A DNA stretch of 64,000 nucleotides from Candidatus Hydrogenedentota bacterium. Lineage in GTDB: Bacteria; Hydrogenedentota; Hydrogenedentia; Hydrogenedentales; SLHB01. The position numbers and the translations under genes were made by a program. Below are positions 19,350 to 29,963 of this stretch, one piece after another (the stretch's first letter is position 1; each line of letters begins with the position of its first letter). The notes beneath the pieces are model-generated. The model saw nothing but the letters and a program-made list of their open reading frames with translations, did not search any database and had not been told where the DNA came from. Location of the stretch: positions 1-64,000 of the forward strand of contig CAVUWV010000015.1 in NCBI GenBank assembly GCA_963745075.1. The letters run 5' to 3'.

Positions 19350-20783
19350 ATGGATGAGAATGCCTATTTGGCGGAGTTGACCAGGAAACCGTTCATGACC
19401 CGGATTGCAGGGTACTTTCGGTTGAGTGGTCCAGGGTATATGCAAAGCGCCATGACCTTGGGCGCAGGATCGATGGCGTCCTGCGTGGTGCTGGGGTCAT
19501 TGCTCGGCTACAAGTTGCTGTGGGTTCAACCCCTCGCCATCATTCTCGGCGTGTTCCTGTTAGGGGCCGTCGCCAAACAAACCTGCCAAACCGGAGAACG
19601 CACGTACAAAGTCTTTTGGGAACGTTTGCACCCTGCGCTGGCATTGCTCTGGGCCGGATGCGCGATGGTCGCCACGATTATCTGGCATTTTCCCCAGTAC
19701 TCACTCACAGCGGACGGCGTAGTTACGTTGGCGGACGGCGTGGGCGTCTCGCTGGGATCCACCGGCGCACGCGCGGCTGTCGGTGGTCTAATTGTTATCG
19801 GTGCGTGTTTCGTTGTACGCATGTATTTCGCCGGCGCGCGGGGGCTGAAAGCCTACGAAGTCGCCATTAAGATTCTGGTGTGGTCGATTGTCATCGCCTT
19901 CACAATTGCGGCGTTCGCCACGGGATTTCAATTCAAGCAATTCCTGTCCGGCATCAGCGGATATGCGTTTATGAAAGACGTACTGGCCGGCGATTACGAT
20001 CCCCGCGCCACCAAACCTATCGTCGGAGCCATTGCGGCCGCCGTCGGCATCAATATGCTCTTTCTGTATCCGTATTCGTTGCTGAACAAGAACTGGGGCA
20101 AGAACCACAAGGAACTTGCGTATTACGACCTGATTACCGGGATGTTGATTCCCTTCTTAATCACCACGACGTTTGTGACCGCCGCCGTCGCCAACACCAT
20201 CGGGCCCGCCCCCGGGGAAGTGGCCGGAGAGCCGGTTCGAAACATCCTCGATATCATTCCGGCGCTCAGCCAGACCTTTGGCGAGAACCTCTCCCTGTTC
20301 CTGGTCGGTTTTGGAATGCTGGCGATCGGGTTTTCGACCATCATCACCCACATGCTCGCCTGCGGATTCATCGGGTGCGAGATGTTCGGATACGATCATC
20401 GCGGCGGCGCAAGGTTCTGGTTCTCGCTGGTGCCGGCCATCGGCGTGTTGGGCGTCGTCATGTCGTCACCCTGGCAGGTTGCGATAACGGCGTCGAGCCT
20501 GGCCGCGTCCTTAATGCCCGTGTCGGTGTTGTGCTTCCTGCTTCTCTTGAACAACCGGGACTACATGGGCGACGAGACGCCGCGCGGGGGCATGAAAGTG
20601 GTCTGGAATCTGATGTTGACGGCCTCCATCGTTATACTGAGCGTTTCCGGGTACTTTGGATTGACCAAGAACTGGCAGGAATTGAAATCGAAGCTGTCGG
20701 CGCCTTCCGCAGAGGCGGCCTTGGTCGTAGATGTCGACCATCCGGTCCATCGGTCCGGGCACTCCGCGAATTACAGGAACTGA
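19350..20783 (+). CDS. NRAMP-like (APC fold) membrane transporter
   Basis: GPGYMQSAMTLGAG, GYKLLW and ~11 hydrophobic segments; upstream TTGTTG-17-TAGACT (19288-19316). Confidence 0.7.
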   Translation: MDENAYLAELTRKPFMTRIAGYFRLSGPGYMQSAMTLGAGSMASCVVLGSLLGYKLLWVQPLAIILGVFLLGAVAKQTCQTGERTYKVFWERLHPALALLWAGCAMVATIIWHFPQYSLTADGVVTLADGVGVSLGSTGARAAVGGLIVIGACFVVRMYFAGARGLKAYEVAIKILVWSIVIAFTIAAFATGFQFKQFLSGISGYAFMKDVLAGDYDPRATKPIVGAIAAAVGINMLFLYPYSLLNKNWGKNHKELAYYDLITGMLIPFLITTTFVTAAVANTIGPAPGEVAGEPVRNILDIIPALSQTFGENLSLFLVGFGMLAIGFSTIITHMLACGFIGCEMFGYDHRGGARFWFSLVPAIGVLGVVMSSPWQVAITASSLAASLMPVSVLCFLLLLNNRDYMGDETPRGGMKVVWNLMLTASIVILSVSGYFGLTKNWQELKSKLSAPSAEAALVVDVDHPVHRSGHSANYRN

Positions 20784-20789
20784 TCCACA

Positions 20790-20830
20790 AAAGAACGGCG
20801 CGGGGCATCTTTTCAAATGCACCGCGCCGT
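20790..20830 (-). terminator. Hairpin terminator between convergent genes
   Basis: acggcgcggggcat / atgcaccgcgccgt stem with one mismatch; U-rich tail on the minus strand. Confidence 0.55.
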
Positions 20831-23058
20831 CAACCTGTTTTGCAAGCGGTGGCGAATACCCCGCGTCTTCAAGTACCTCGCGCGATTCGATATGCCCGGC
20901 GAGTTCTTCGGGAGTCCACCACGTCGACTGCAACTGCCGCGGGCTGAACGCTTTTTCCGCTTGGTCGCGGTAATGGGGCGAATCCGGCCGATCGCTTTGG
21001 CCAATCGGCACGTAGGCCCAACTCTTGATGGGCGTGCTCAACACGATGATTTGTGTCGAACGTCTGACCGCTTCTGCCCCAGCGCGTATGGTCCGGTTGT
21101 TCGCCGCCGTATCCCACGCTGCGAAGGGTCCGCATGCCCAAGCTCTTGTCGCCACCGCCGCCCACCGGCCAGGAGACGTCGTCCCGGCCGACGCGGAAAA
21201 CGTCGCCGTACTTTGCATCCAGCGATCCCTCGTCCCGCGTGAGGCTCCGCATCGCATTTGCGAACGATTGTCCCGCCGCCAGGAGTTCATCGGAAGAAAA
21301 CTCCAGTGGTGGGGTGGTCTTTCCCAACGGCTCCAGATAATTGTCGATACGTGACGCGGCTTTGTCGACGACATCGCGTCCGTGGTCGTCCACCAGTTGC
21401 TTGCGCCAGTAGAAGTACTTGAGCGCTCCCGTCGAGTCTCGCGTCAACAGTTGGTCCCAACCGAGCAGATCGTCGATGCCCGCCGCGTACTCGGCATCGG
21501 CCCGCAACGTTTCGTGGTGTTGTTCGTCCGCCATGCGCAAGACCTCGATCCACCGTTCGCACCCGTAGGGATGAACGTCGACCGCATAGGCCAAGGCGTC
21601 GTCGATCGTCACGGAATCATTCGCCTGCAACAGTTGCACGGCCCGCGCACCACGCGGATTCGTCCATCCGTCCCGGGGGTCGCCGTATCCCAAATCCGAC
21701 CAAAGGTACGGAATCGTTTCGCTCAATTTGAAGGGACTGTTGACCATCATGGAATCCGGTGGAATATTGCAGTTCTGCATATAGCCCTGAGGCGGGTTCA
21801 ATACCTGGACATGATCGCTCGATGGATGAAGTCCTTGCCATTCCGTGGCCGACGTGCTCCCGTCCACGGGGCGCGACCAGTCAAACCCCTTCGGCCGGAT
21901 TGGAACGCGGCCCGCGCGCTGATAATAGATGTTGCCGGACGTGTCCGCCACCATGACGTTCTGGGGGAAGACTTCGTTTGTCGCGAGCGCGGCCTCGGCG
22001 CCTCGGTAGTCCTTGCCGAAATTCAGGTCGTACCATGCTTCGTTTCCCGCGACCGCATCGGCGTAAGACGATTTGATCGCATAGGCTTTTCCGTTGCGAA
22101 TTGCAACCACCGGACCGTAGTGGGAATCGAGGATTGGAATGGTCTGTTTGCCGACGCCCTTGATGTCCAATGTAACCTCGCGCCGATGCAAATCCCGCCA
22201 TTCACCGTCGTAGAGATATTGCATCGGGTTCTCGGCATTCAGCGTAAGCTCGTACACGTCCGACGTGTCAGGCCCCCCGGTGGTCATGGCCCACGCCAAG
22301 TACTGATTGTGTCCGAGACCAATGTAGGGTTGTCCTGCAAGCGAAAATCCGCTTCCCACCCAGTCGCCCGCGTGCACGCGGAACTCCCAGAAACGGGACG
22401 CCCCAAACCAGCCCAGGTGCGGGTCGACGAGAAGTATCGGCACGCCTTCGGCAGTCCGCTTACCGCTGATTGCGAACTGATTCGATCCGCGTTGGGTCTC
22501 GTCGAAGCCCGGTTCGATGCCGCCCCGCTCGAGATCCCCGAAACCGTCGTCGAACGACCACGACTGCAAGAAGAGCCGGCCAAAGGCCATCACCATGTAC
22601 TCGTCCACTGCTTCGTGTTTCCACCATTCCGGCACGTCGCCGGGATGCGCCGCATAGTAGTCGTTGATTCCCCGCACAAACGCCTGCGTTTGGGCGCGTA
22701 CTTCGGGCCGGACTTGATCGGCGTTGCGCTTGGATCCCTCGTACAGTTCCCAGAGGTGCGCAACGCGATCGGTATCCAGCGCCCCTTTGCCCTCGACGCT
22801 CGACAACTCGCCCATGCCCCGCATTAAGTTCTTCAGCAGTTCCGTCGGCCGATCCTCCGCTTGCGCCCAACCCATGGCATAAAACCCATCCAGGATGGTC
22901 GGCGCGTAAATGTGCGGAATGCCCCAGGTGTCCCGATAAACAACCGTTTCGCCAGCATCGTCGCCCGTTCCCGGGAGATCGGCCGCCCAGACGGTTAGCC
23001 ATGGAACCAACATAACGGTAAGTAGGAAAATGAACGCAAGTCTCCCGTGGGATTGCAT
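20830..23058 (-). CDS. Penicillin acylase family (Ntn hydrolase), +1 frameshift at ~21060, 3' end uncertain
   Basis: Signal peptide, YRDTWGIPHIYA, GWAQAEDR, GSNQFAI (catalytic Ser), DPHL; continues in another frame as GQSDRPDSPHYRDQA. Confidence 0.88.
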
Positions 23059-23196
23059 GAGAAAGTCTCCTTTTACTCAAAAACCGACAATATGGGTGAA
23101 GATTCAGACATATTCCCGTAAGAAAAGACGAGCGTCAACGGTAGCATGTGACGGCCCCGGTATCCAAGAGGAATTTGCCACCGAATCGGTGCGGGT

Positions 23197-23225
23197 TTGA
23201 CGCAATACCTTGCGCTCGTTAGTAT
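23197..23225 (+). promoter_or_regulatory. Sigma70-like promoter
   Basis: TTGACG, 17-nt spacer, TAGTAT. Confidence 0.5.
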
Positions 23226-23325
23226 TATGACCGGGCGGTTGCGGTCGGCGCATGAAGAGGGGTCGTGTGAATGGTCTTGAACTTCGAAGAGAGTTCAGGT
23301 CGATTCGGAATTGGGGGACGACGTT

Positions 23326-25851
23326 TTGCGCCTGGTGAAGTGCTATCTTCCCGTAGGTATGTGCCTTGTTGGACTGGTCGGATTCGCCGCCCGGGCCGAT
23401 GAACGCTACGTATTCCGGCCCTGCGGTACGCCGCTGCCCATTTCCGACGACCGAATCATGGATCTGTACGAGTCGCCGGACGGCCATCTCTGGGTCGCGG
23501 TATGGGGCCGGGGCGTGTGCCGGTTGCAGGGAACCGAGTCACGTACCTTCACCGCTGCCAGCGGTTTACCCAGTAACTGGAGCCGGTGCGTCACGCCTGA
23601 CAATCAGGGACGCATCTGGGTTGGCGGCGCCGACGGTCTTTGTCGAATTGACGGCGACCAAGTGCTCGCCTTCACCTCAAAAGATACGCCCGCAATGCCG
23701 TCCAATTCGATTCGTTGCGGGACGCGGCTCGATTCGGGAGCCCTGTGCTTCGGCATGTCCGATGGCGGGGTTCTCTGTGTCGGCCGTAGCCCATTCGTCC
23801 CCGCAACGGCCGATACGCCCGCGACAGGTGACCCAGCGCTTGGGGTGGACCCGGATTGGACCTACGTCGGTTATCCGGATATACCGGCCCGCGACGGAGT
23901 CGACGACATACTCGAAACGTCCGACGGCAGCATCTGGCTTGCCCTTCACACGGGTGCGGTTCTGCGGTTCAAGGGGGGCCGTTGGCAACGATATGACGAC
24001 GCATCGGGATTGCCAGTCGGCGTATATTCGCTATACCAGGATTCCGCCGGTAGCGTGTGGGGGGTAGGAGGCGCACAACTGGCAGTTTTCGACGGGGAGA
24101 GTTGGGCCGTCCTTGAGGATGCCGCCGAGAACCCTCGAGCGGTGGCCGAATCTTCCGACCATAAACTCGTCGTCGGTACGGAACGCGGTTTGCGAATCCG
24201 CACCGATGGCACGTGGAAGACCCTGGATCTGGGTCCGGAAATTGGGACGCCGGCCGTCTGGTGCTTGTTGTTTGGCACGACCGGGACCCCTTGGGTTGGC
24301 ACGCGCGAAGGTCTGATCCGCGGTTACCGGCCGATTTGGAGAAGGTTCTCCGCCACGGAAGCGGGTGCCCTCATCCGCTCCGCACCACTGTACGCCGATT
24401 TGCACACCCCGCCCCTCAGCGCCGATCACGACGGAAACCTGATTACGTTCGAGTCCGGCCGGTGGCGCACGAAAGCGTCCGTCCCGGACGATCGGTTCCG
24501 GCCCAAATGGTTTTCTTCGCCGCGCGACGGAGTGCTCTGGGCACTTTGCCCTCATGATGCGCTTTGCATCAACGTGGATTCCGGCGAGATAGTGCGCGCG
24601 GTGCCCTTGCCGACTGGCGCCGAGTGCGCCCGAATCAAGTGGGGCCCCGACGGCACCCCGTGGCTATTGGGACGGGACGGCGTCCACGTTCTCGAAAAGA
24701 ACGGCTGGCGGGCGCTCGATCGGTCTCCCAAGACGCGTGACAGTTGGGCCTTCGACCTATGCGTTTCGAAGGACGGGTCGGTCTTTATCTGTTACGAAAC
24801 AGCCATTGACCAGTGGCGGGACGGTATCGTTCGCCCCTTTCACTCGACCGACCGGCTTTTTCACGACGGACACTATACGACGGTGCGTTGTTTGCGCGAC
24901 GGCACGGTTTGGTTCGGCACCTACGGTCGCGGAATTCTCGTGTATGACGGGGCTGGAGTCACGCAGATCACGCGTAACGATGGTCTCTTGAGTGACCACA
25001 TTTCACAAATCTTCGAAGCGTCGAACGGTGCCATCTGGATTTCCTACCGACGTAAAGGCGTGGCGTCCTGCCGAAACGGGCGGTGGGTCAACTTCAGCCA
25101 CCGTCACGGCTTGCCCAATGTCGCCGGCACGGCCTTCGGCGAGTATCCCGCAGACACCATTTGGCTGGCGGCAAGCATGGATGAAATCTACCAGTACACG
25201 TCAGACAACCAAGGACCGGATACCACGATCACTGCCGCGCCCGATACCATCGCCGCCCGTGGTACGGGCGTGTTTTCGTTCAATGGGGTGGACGCCTGGC
25301 AACGCACCCTTCAACGGGATTTGGCCTATACCTGGAGGATCGTTCCGGATGGCGGAACGGAACCGCCCTGGGGACCGATTCAATCGACCACCACTGCCGT
25401 GGTCTCCGGTCTTCCCGCCGGCTTATACACGTTTCAGGTGCGCGCGACCGACGAAGACCGGAATGAGGATCGAACGCCCTCCGTCATCCCGGTAACCGTC
25501 GAACCGCCCTTCTACGCCAGGGCGGAGTTCGCCGTACCGGTCGGCTTGCTGACCGCGCTGGTCGCCCTATCCCTGGTTTTTCTGTATGTGAAACAGTCAC
25601 GGTTGCAGGAGTCGGAAAAGAGACTGCGTCACGCGCTCGCACACATCAAGACACTCGGCGGACTGATCCCGATCTGTTCCTCATGCAAACGAATCCGCGA
25701 CGATAGCGGGTACTGGAATCAGTTGGAATCGTATATCAGAGACCACTCCGAAGCCCAGTTTTCCCATGCCATCTGTCCGGACTGTGCCAAACAGATTTAC
25801 GGCGTGGACGACCTCATGGACGGTTCGGGATCCGACGATCCGGAGTCGTGA
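23326..25851 (+). CDS. Membrane sensor: two-component-regulator beta-propeller repeats, Y_Y_Y-like domain, TM and C-terminal CxxC...CxxC domain
   Basis: Repeats such as GLPSNW...DNQGRIWVG and DGLLSDHI...ASNGAIWIS; LPAGLYTFQVRA; TM; LIPICSSCKRIRDDSGYW...SHAICPDC; start approximate. Confidence 0.8.
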   Translation: MRLVKCYLPVGMCLVGLVGFAARADERYVFRPCGTPLPISDDRIMDLYESPDGHLWVAVWGRGVCRLQGTESRTFTAASGLPSNWSRCVTPDNQGRIWVGGADGLCRIDGDQVLAFTSKDTPAMPSNSIRCGTRLDSGALCFGMSDGGVLCVGRSPFVPATADTPATGDPALGVDPDWTYVGYPDIPARDGVDDILETSDGSIWLALHTGAVLRFKGGRWQRYDDASGLPVGVYSLYQDSAGSVWGVGGAQLAVFDGESWAVLEDAAENPRAVAESSDHKLVVGTERGLRIRTDGTWKTLDLGPEIGTPAVWCLLFGTTGTPWVGTREGLIRGYRPIWRRFSATEAGALIRSAPLYADLHTPPLSADHDGNLITFESGRWRTKASVPDDRFRPKWFSSPRDGVLWALCPHDALCINVDSGEIVRAVPLPTGAECARIKWGPDGTPWLLGRDGVHVLEKNGWRALDRSPKTRDSWAFDLCVSKDGSVFICYETAIDQWRDGIVRPFHSTDRLFHDGHYTTVRCLRDGTVWFGTYGRGILVYDGAGVTQITRNDGLLSDHISQIFEASNGAIWISYRRKGVASCRNGRWVNFSHRHGLPNVAGTAFGEYPADTIWLAASMDEIYQYTSDNQGPDTTITAAPDTIAARGTGVFSFNGVDAWQRTLQRDLAYTWRIVPDGGTEPPWGPIQSTTTAVVSGLPAGLYTFQVRATDEDRNEDRTPSVIPVTVEPPFYARAEFAVPVGLLTALVALSLVFLYVKQSRLQESEKRLRHALAHIKTLGGLIPICSSCKRIRDDSGYWNQLESYIRDHSEAQFSHAICPDCAKQIYGVDDLMDGSGSDDPES

Positions 25852-25909
25852 TGCTGCACTCGCGCGGTCGCCGACCGCACGATAATCAGTAGACTTCCCT
25901 TGCATCCAA

Positions 25910-27283
25910 TCACTGATCTGCTGCGCGCACCTCTAACGTCACGTTTTCCGGGTTGGCACCCAGTCGTTGTTTCGCACCGGCGGGGTTCTGCACGGTAATC
26001 GTCCCCGAAACATCGTGCAGGTTCGTGCCGCCCTCGTCGTCGAAGAACGCGATGGCGGGGCGATCCACCATATCGTAGACGTGGCAATCCACGAACTCGA
26101 CGCCGCCCAAGTTCTCGGTCATGGAATAACGTCGCAGGTGCAGAAACACCGGTACGCGCAAGCCGCTGTAGTCGCGAAATGCGGACACCCACGGTTGCTT
26201 CCAATTGCAGTTGACAAAACGCACGAGCGCGCCGTTCGCGGACTTGTCGTACACCTTTACACCTTCCTTGCCCGTGTTCTCCGTCGTGCAATTGATGAAT
26301 TCGATGGTCCCTTTGGGCCCGTCGTCGCGAATCGCGCCCACGCTGATTCCCGCCCATCCGCGCTGGTTGATGTCGGTGAAGTCTTCGAGCGTCATCCCCG
26401 GTGAACCCATCCGCGCGACACAATTCTCGAAGCGGATGGAGACGGGTTCGCTTGCGCTCGTCATGGGTTTCAGGTACACCAGGATCTGGTGACCGCTGTT
26501 GTTCTCGAAACGGCAATTCCGAATCACACAGTTCACGAAACGCTGCTCGGGGCCGTCCGGTTCGAGATCGATGCCGGCCTCCGGCGGCGTCCCGCTGGTA
26601 CCGGAGAATTCGCAGTTTTCAACCAGCAGATTCTGCGCACTGATAACGCTGAGCCCCTGGCGATGATTGTCATGGCTCACGCAGTTGCGGAAGGTGATGT
26701 CGTCGCACCAGCCGAGTTCACCGCCCCCATCCACGTAGAAGCCGTCGCCGCCGGTGCTTTCGACGTGCACGCCTTCAACCAGCACATGCTGGCATCCCCG
26801 GAACGCCATGCCCATCCGCCACTCCGCCCGTTCGTAGGGAGGGTTCTGGTAATCCTTCTTGCGCATCCGCAGCGTAGCGCCGTAGCCGCGAACGGTGAGG
26901 TTCTGTGCGCCGACCGCGGTAAAGAGCGAGTCGCCGCGTCCCTTGAATTCGTCTTTCTTCGCCAGCACCAGCACGCCCGGCTCGAAGGTCAGTTCCAAGT
27001 TGCTGCGCAGCGTGATGGGACGAACGATCCACGGAGCGCCCATGTACGGAATCGTGACCGTCTTCGCGCCGGAATCAATCGCCGCCTGGATCGCGTCCGT
27101 CGCATCCTCCTTATCAAAACCCCACCACGCAGCATTGGCGTCGCTGCGCGACCCTGCCGTCACTTCATTGATCGCGGTTGGGTTGGGGGCGTTGGACGGC
27201 GCCGGTTCGTCCGACCAAACCGGCGACAATGTCCCGGCGAGGAGGGCACTGAAGATTATCAACGCGTGGGTATGAATTCGCAT
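25910..27283 (-). CDS. Secreted right-handed parallel beta-helix (pectin-lyase-fold) protein
   Basis: Signal peptide, DATDAIQAAIDSG, TGGDGFYV, NHRQGLSVISAQNLLVENCEFS, AGIDLEP. Confidence 0.8.
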   Translation of the reverse strand: MRIHTHALIIFSALLAGTLSPVWSDEPAPSNAPNPTAINEVTAGSRSDANAAWWGFDKEDATDAIQAAIDSGAKTVTIPYMGAPWIVRPITLRSNLELTFEPGVLVLAKKDEFKGRGDSLFTAVGAQNLTVRGYGATLRMRKKDYQNPPYERAEWRMGMAFRGCQHVLVEGVHVESTGGDGFYVDGGGELGWCDDITFRNCVSHDNHRQGLSVISAQNLLVENCEFSGTSGTPPEAGIDLEPDGPEQRFVNCVIRNCRFENNSGHQILVYLKPMTSASEPVSIRFENCVARMGSPGMTLEDFTDINQRGWAGISVGAIRDDGPKGTIEFINCTTENTGKEGVKVYDKSANGALVRFVNCNWKQPWVSAFRDYSGLRVPVFLHLRRYSMTENLGGVEFVDCHVYDMVDRPAIAFFDDEGGTNLHDVSGTITVQNPAGAKQRLGANPENVTLEVRAADQ

Positions 27284-27379
27284 GGTCTACCTCCAAAGGG
27301 ACTGAAAGTGGAAGCGGTAGTATGGCGCTTTTCAGCGGCTCATGCCAAGTTCAACCCGGTTCCAAAGCGAGCCAACGGC

Positions 27380-28957
27380 TTAGGTTTCTACGCCGCAACG
27401 CCACCTTCGCGACAACTTCTGGCCGAAGCTGCTGTACCAGGATCGGCCAAAGGCGAGCATGACCAATGCAAATGCGACGGAAATCGCCGTCTGCATGATC
27501 AGGGTCCATATGCCGGGATTCGCCGGACCGGTCATCGCCTGTCGTCCGGATGTAGTCATGAAAAAGGCCATCGAGATAAACCCGCTGAATACGCCGGAGA
27601 GAATGTAGACGCCGAACAGGGCGAGCATTGCTTTGAACGTCAGCATCGCGGGATTGCCTCGCCACGTCGAAGCCACGCACCCGAGACTGGCATACGCGTA
27701 GAGACTCACCCAGGTGCCGACTAACGAGATGATTAAACATGCTGCTGCGATTCCCAAGTCAAACGGAGTCAATTCATGCGCCAGAAATAGTCCATACATC
27801 ACGATATATGACCAAACATTGGCCGCGATCATCGCCGGGAGGAAGAGTAAGCTCCGTCGCAAGTGGGTGCGATGGATGCCGCGCGCCAAGTGGTGACCGG
27901 CGGCCTCCGTCAGATAGAGGAGATCGGCCCCGCCGTTTTGGCGAACGGCGGTGATGCAGGAAGCGGCGTCGTACACAATCAACATTACAACAAGGAGTGC
28001 GCCGAACCCTCCGGGAACGACCATGAGAATAACCGTGAGCAGAACGACCAGCGGCCACCACGGCCAGCGGTACAGGGCGCCGCCCACGCCGGCCGCATTC
28101 GCCGCATACAGCCGGTCCACAGGGTTCAATCGCAGATACCGTATTCCGTCCAGCCACGAACTGTACCGCGGCCGTCCGCGTGCAGAGCGCCGGCGTACTC
28201 CCGCGTCGTCGGTCATTCGGGGCAATCGGACCCAAACCAGGGACACGGCAAGGAGGGTTGGAACCAGCGAATACAGTCCGTTGCGCCACACCGCGCCGAA
28301 CGCTAAGTCCGGATACGCGGTGTGAATCAGCAGGGTCAAACCACTTGCAGTGCCGAACCCAGCCGATTCCAAAACGACTGTATCGATAGAGGAAGCGAGA
28401 ATAAGCCAGGCCACTACCATTCCCACTGTCATGAAGAATGCATCAATTGCCCGCCACGCCAGGGTCGAGCACAGCAGGCCCAGTGCGGTCGTGACCATGC
28501 ACAGGAATGCCGTCGAGATCTGCTGGCTGATCAGCATTTTGAGAGTCAGTCCGCCAAGAAATGACGCAATGGCCTGAAGCGGCAGGCAACCCAACGCGAG
28601 CAGCTCGACTTGAAGAAAGATGGTGGCCCCTTTCGCGATCACCAGATCGCCGCCCCGGATATTTGTGAGGAGGAGAATGCCGAGGGACCGTTCCTGCTTC
28701 TCTGTGGCGATGACGCCCGAGGCAAATAGCGGCGCCAATACACAACCCACAAAGACCAGATAGGCGAGCACCGTCTTCGACACAAAGGAGCCCGCGAAGT
28801 TGGCCATCTCATTGGCCGACGCGCCCCCGATAGTCATGAAGAACCAAACAAGAAGCAACACCGCCGCGCACAGCCCCGGTGCGACAAACCTCAAGCCATG
28901 CGTGCTCTTGCGTCGCGCGGTGCGATTCAGTTCAAGTTGTGCCAGGGGGAGCTGCAT
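27380..28957 (-). CDS. ABC-2-type permease-like membrane protein
   Basis: ASGVIATEKQERSLGILLLT...AKG motif and multiple TMs; immediately downstream of the ABC ATPase. Confidence 0.75.
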   Translation of the reverse strand: MQLPLAQLELNRTARRKSTHGLRFVAPGLCAAVLLLVWFFMTIGGASANEMANFAGSFVSKTVLAYLVFVGCVLAPLFASGVIATEKQERSLGILLLTNIRGGDLVIAKGATIFLQVELLALGCLPLQAIASFLGGLTLKMLISQQISTAFLCMVTTALGLLCSTLAWRAIDAFFMTVGMVVAWLILASSIDTVVLESAGFGTASGLTLLIHTAYPDLAFGAVWRNGLYSLVPTLLAVSLVWVRLPRMTDDAGVRRRSARGRPRYSSWLDGIRYLRLNPVDRLYAANAAGVGGALYRWPWWPLVVLLTVILMVVPGGFGALLVVMLIVYDAASCITAVRQNGGADLLYLTEAAGHHLARGIHRTHLRRSLLFLPAMIAANVWSYIVMYGLFLAHELTPFDLGIAAACLIISLVGTWVSLYAYASLGCVASTWRGNPAMLTFKAMLALFGVYILSGVFSGFISMAFFMTTSGRQAMTGPANPGIWTLIMQTAISVAFALVMLAFGRSWYSSFGQKLSRRWRCGVET

Positions 28958-28958
28958 T

Positions 28959-29963
28959 TCACTCGCCCATCCGAGGTGTAAGTTCATTTCCCGGTAACGC
29001 CGGCGGGCCAGCGGGTGCCGGTTGTGTTGCACGAAGTTCGACGTCTGTAAGCCGGAGGAATGCGTCCTCCAAAAGAATCTCTTCCTCCTTGATGGTGAGC
29101 ACGCCAAAACCGGACTCGACGAGTTTTGCGGCCACGAAACTGAAGTCCTCCACGTCATCCGAAAGTTCGACGGAGATGTGCGAGTCCAGGATCTCCGCGT
29201 TACGGACGCCGCCCAAGCTTGTCAGTAGCTCACAGGCGGCATCCGTCCGATCGATAAGCCGGATTTCGAGCCGATGAGCGGTTCGGGCCTGTTTCAGGGC
29301 TTGGTCGATGGTGCCGAAGTAAAGCAGTCTCCCGCGATCGATGATACAGATGCTGTTGCAGAGGTGGCGCAATTCGGACAGGATGTGCGATGAAATGAGG
29401 ATCGTTTTCCCCATCTGACCCAGCGTCCGGAGCACTTCCAATACCTCGATTCGCGCGCGCGGGTCGAGTCCCGACGCGGGTTCATCGAGGATCAGGACCT
29501 GCGGATCGTGAATGAGGCAACGGGCAAGACCCAACCGTTGCTGCATGCCGCGTGATAACCCGTCGATCAAGGTGTCGCGTTTCTCCGTCAACCCGGTCAG
29601 CGCGATGCAGTCAGACACGATCCCGGTGCGGCGGTCGGCGGGGATGTTGTAGGCCGCTGCAAAGAATTCCAGGTACTCGGCCACTGCCATATCCCGGTAC
29701 GCACCGCTGGAATCGGGCATGTACCCGATCAAGGGCCGGACCGCGGCGGGGTTCATGACCACGTCGTAGTCCATCACCCGCGCAATGCCGCTGTCGGGCC
29801 GCAACAACGTCGCCAGAATACGCATGGTCGTCGTCTTGCCCGCGCCGTTAGGGCCAAGCAAGCCGCATACGTCGCCCGCATCCACCTTCAACGACAGGTT
29901 TGCCAATGCCTGCGTCTGGCCGTATCGCTTGCTGAGATTGGTCACGGAAATCGCGTTCTCCAT
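28959..29963 (-). CDS. ABC transporter ATP-binding protein
   Basis: GPNGAGKTT, LSRGMQQR, ILDEPASGLD, ISSH. Confidence 0.93.
   Translation of the reverse strand: MENAISVTNLSKRYGQTQALANLSLKVDAGDVCGLLGPNGAGKTTTMRILATLLRPDSGIARVMDYDVVMNPAAVRPLIGYMPDSSGAYRDMAVAEYLEFFAAAYNIPADRRTGIVSDCIALTGLTEKRDTLIDGLSRGMQQRLGLARCLIHDPQVLILDEPASGLDPRARIEVLEVLRTLGQMGKTILISSHILSELRHLCNSICIIDRGRLLYFGTIDQALKQARTAHRLEIRLIDRTDAACELLTSLGGVRNAEILDSHISVELSDDVEDFSFVAAKLVESGFGVLTIKEEEILLEDAFLRLTDVELRATQPAPAGPPALPGNELTPRMGE

Noticed and set aside
21382..22827. Long antisense or alternate-frame ORFs (also 2349-3620, 26489-27724, 56967-58238 and the 5' extensions of 11593 and 55338)
   Set aside because: Shadow ORFs of GC-rich coding genes with no recognisable motifs
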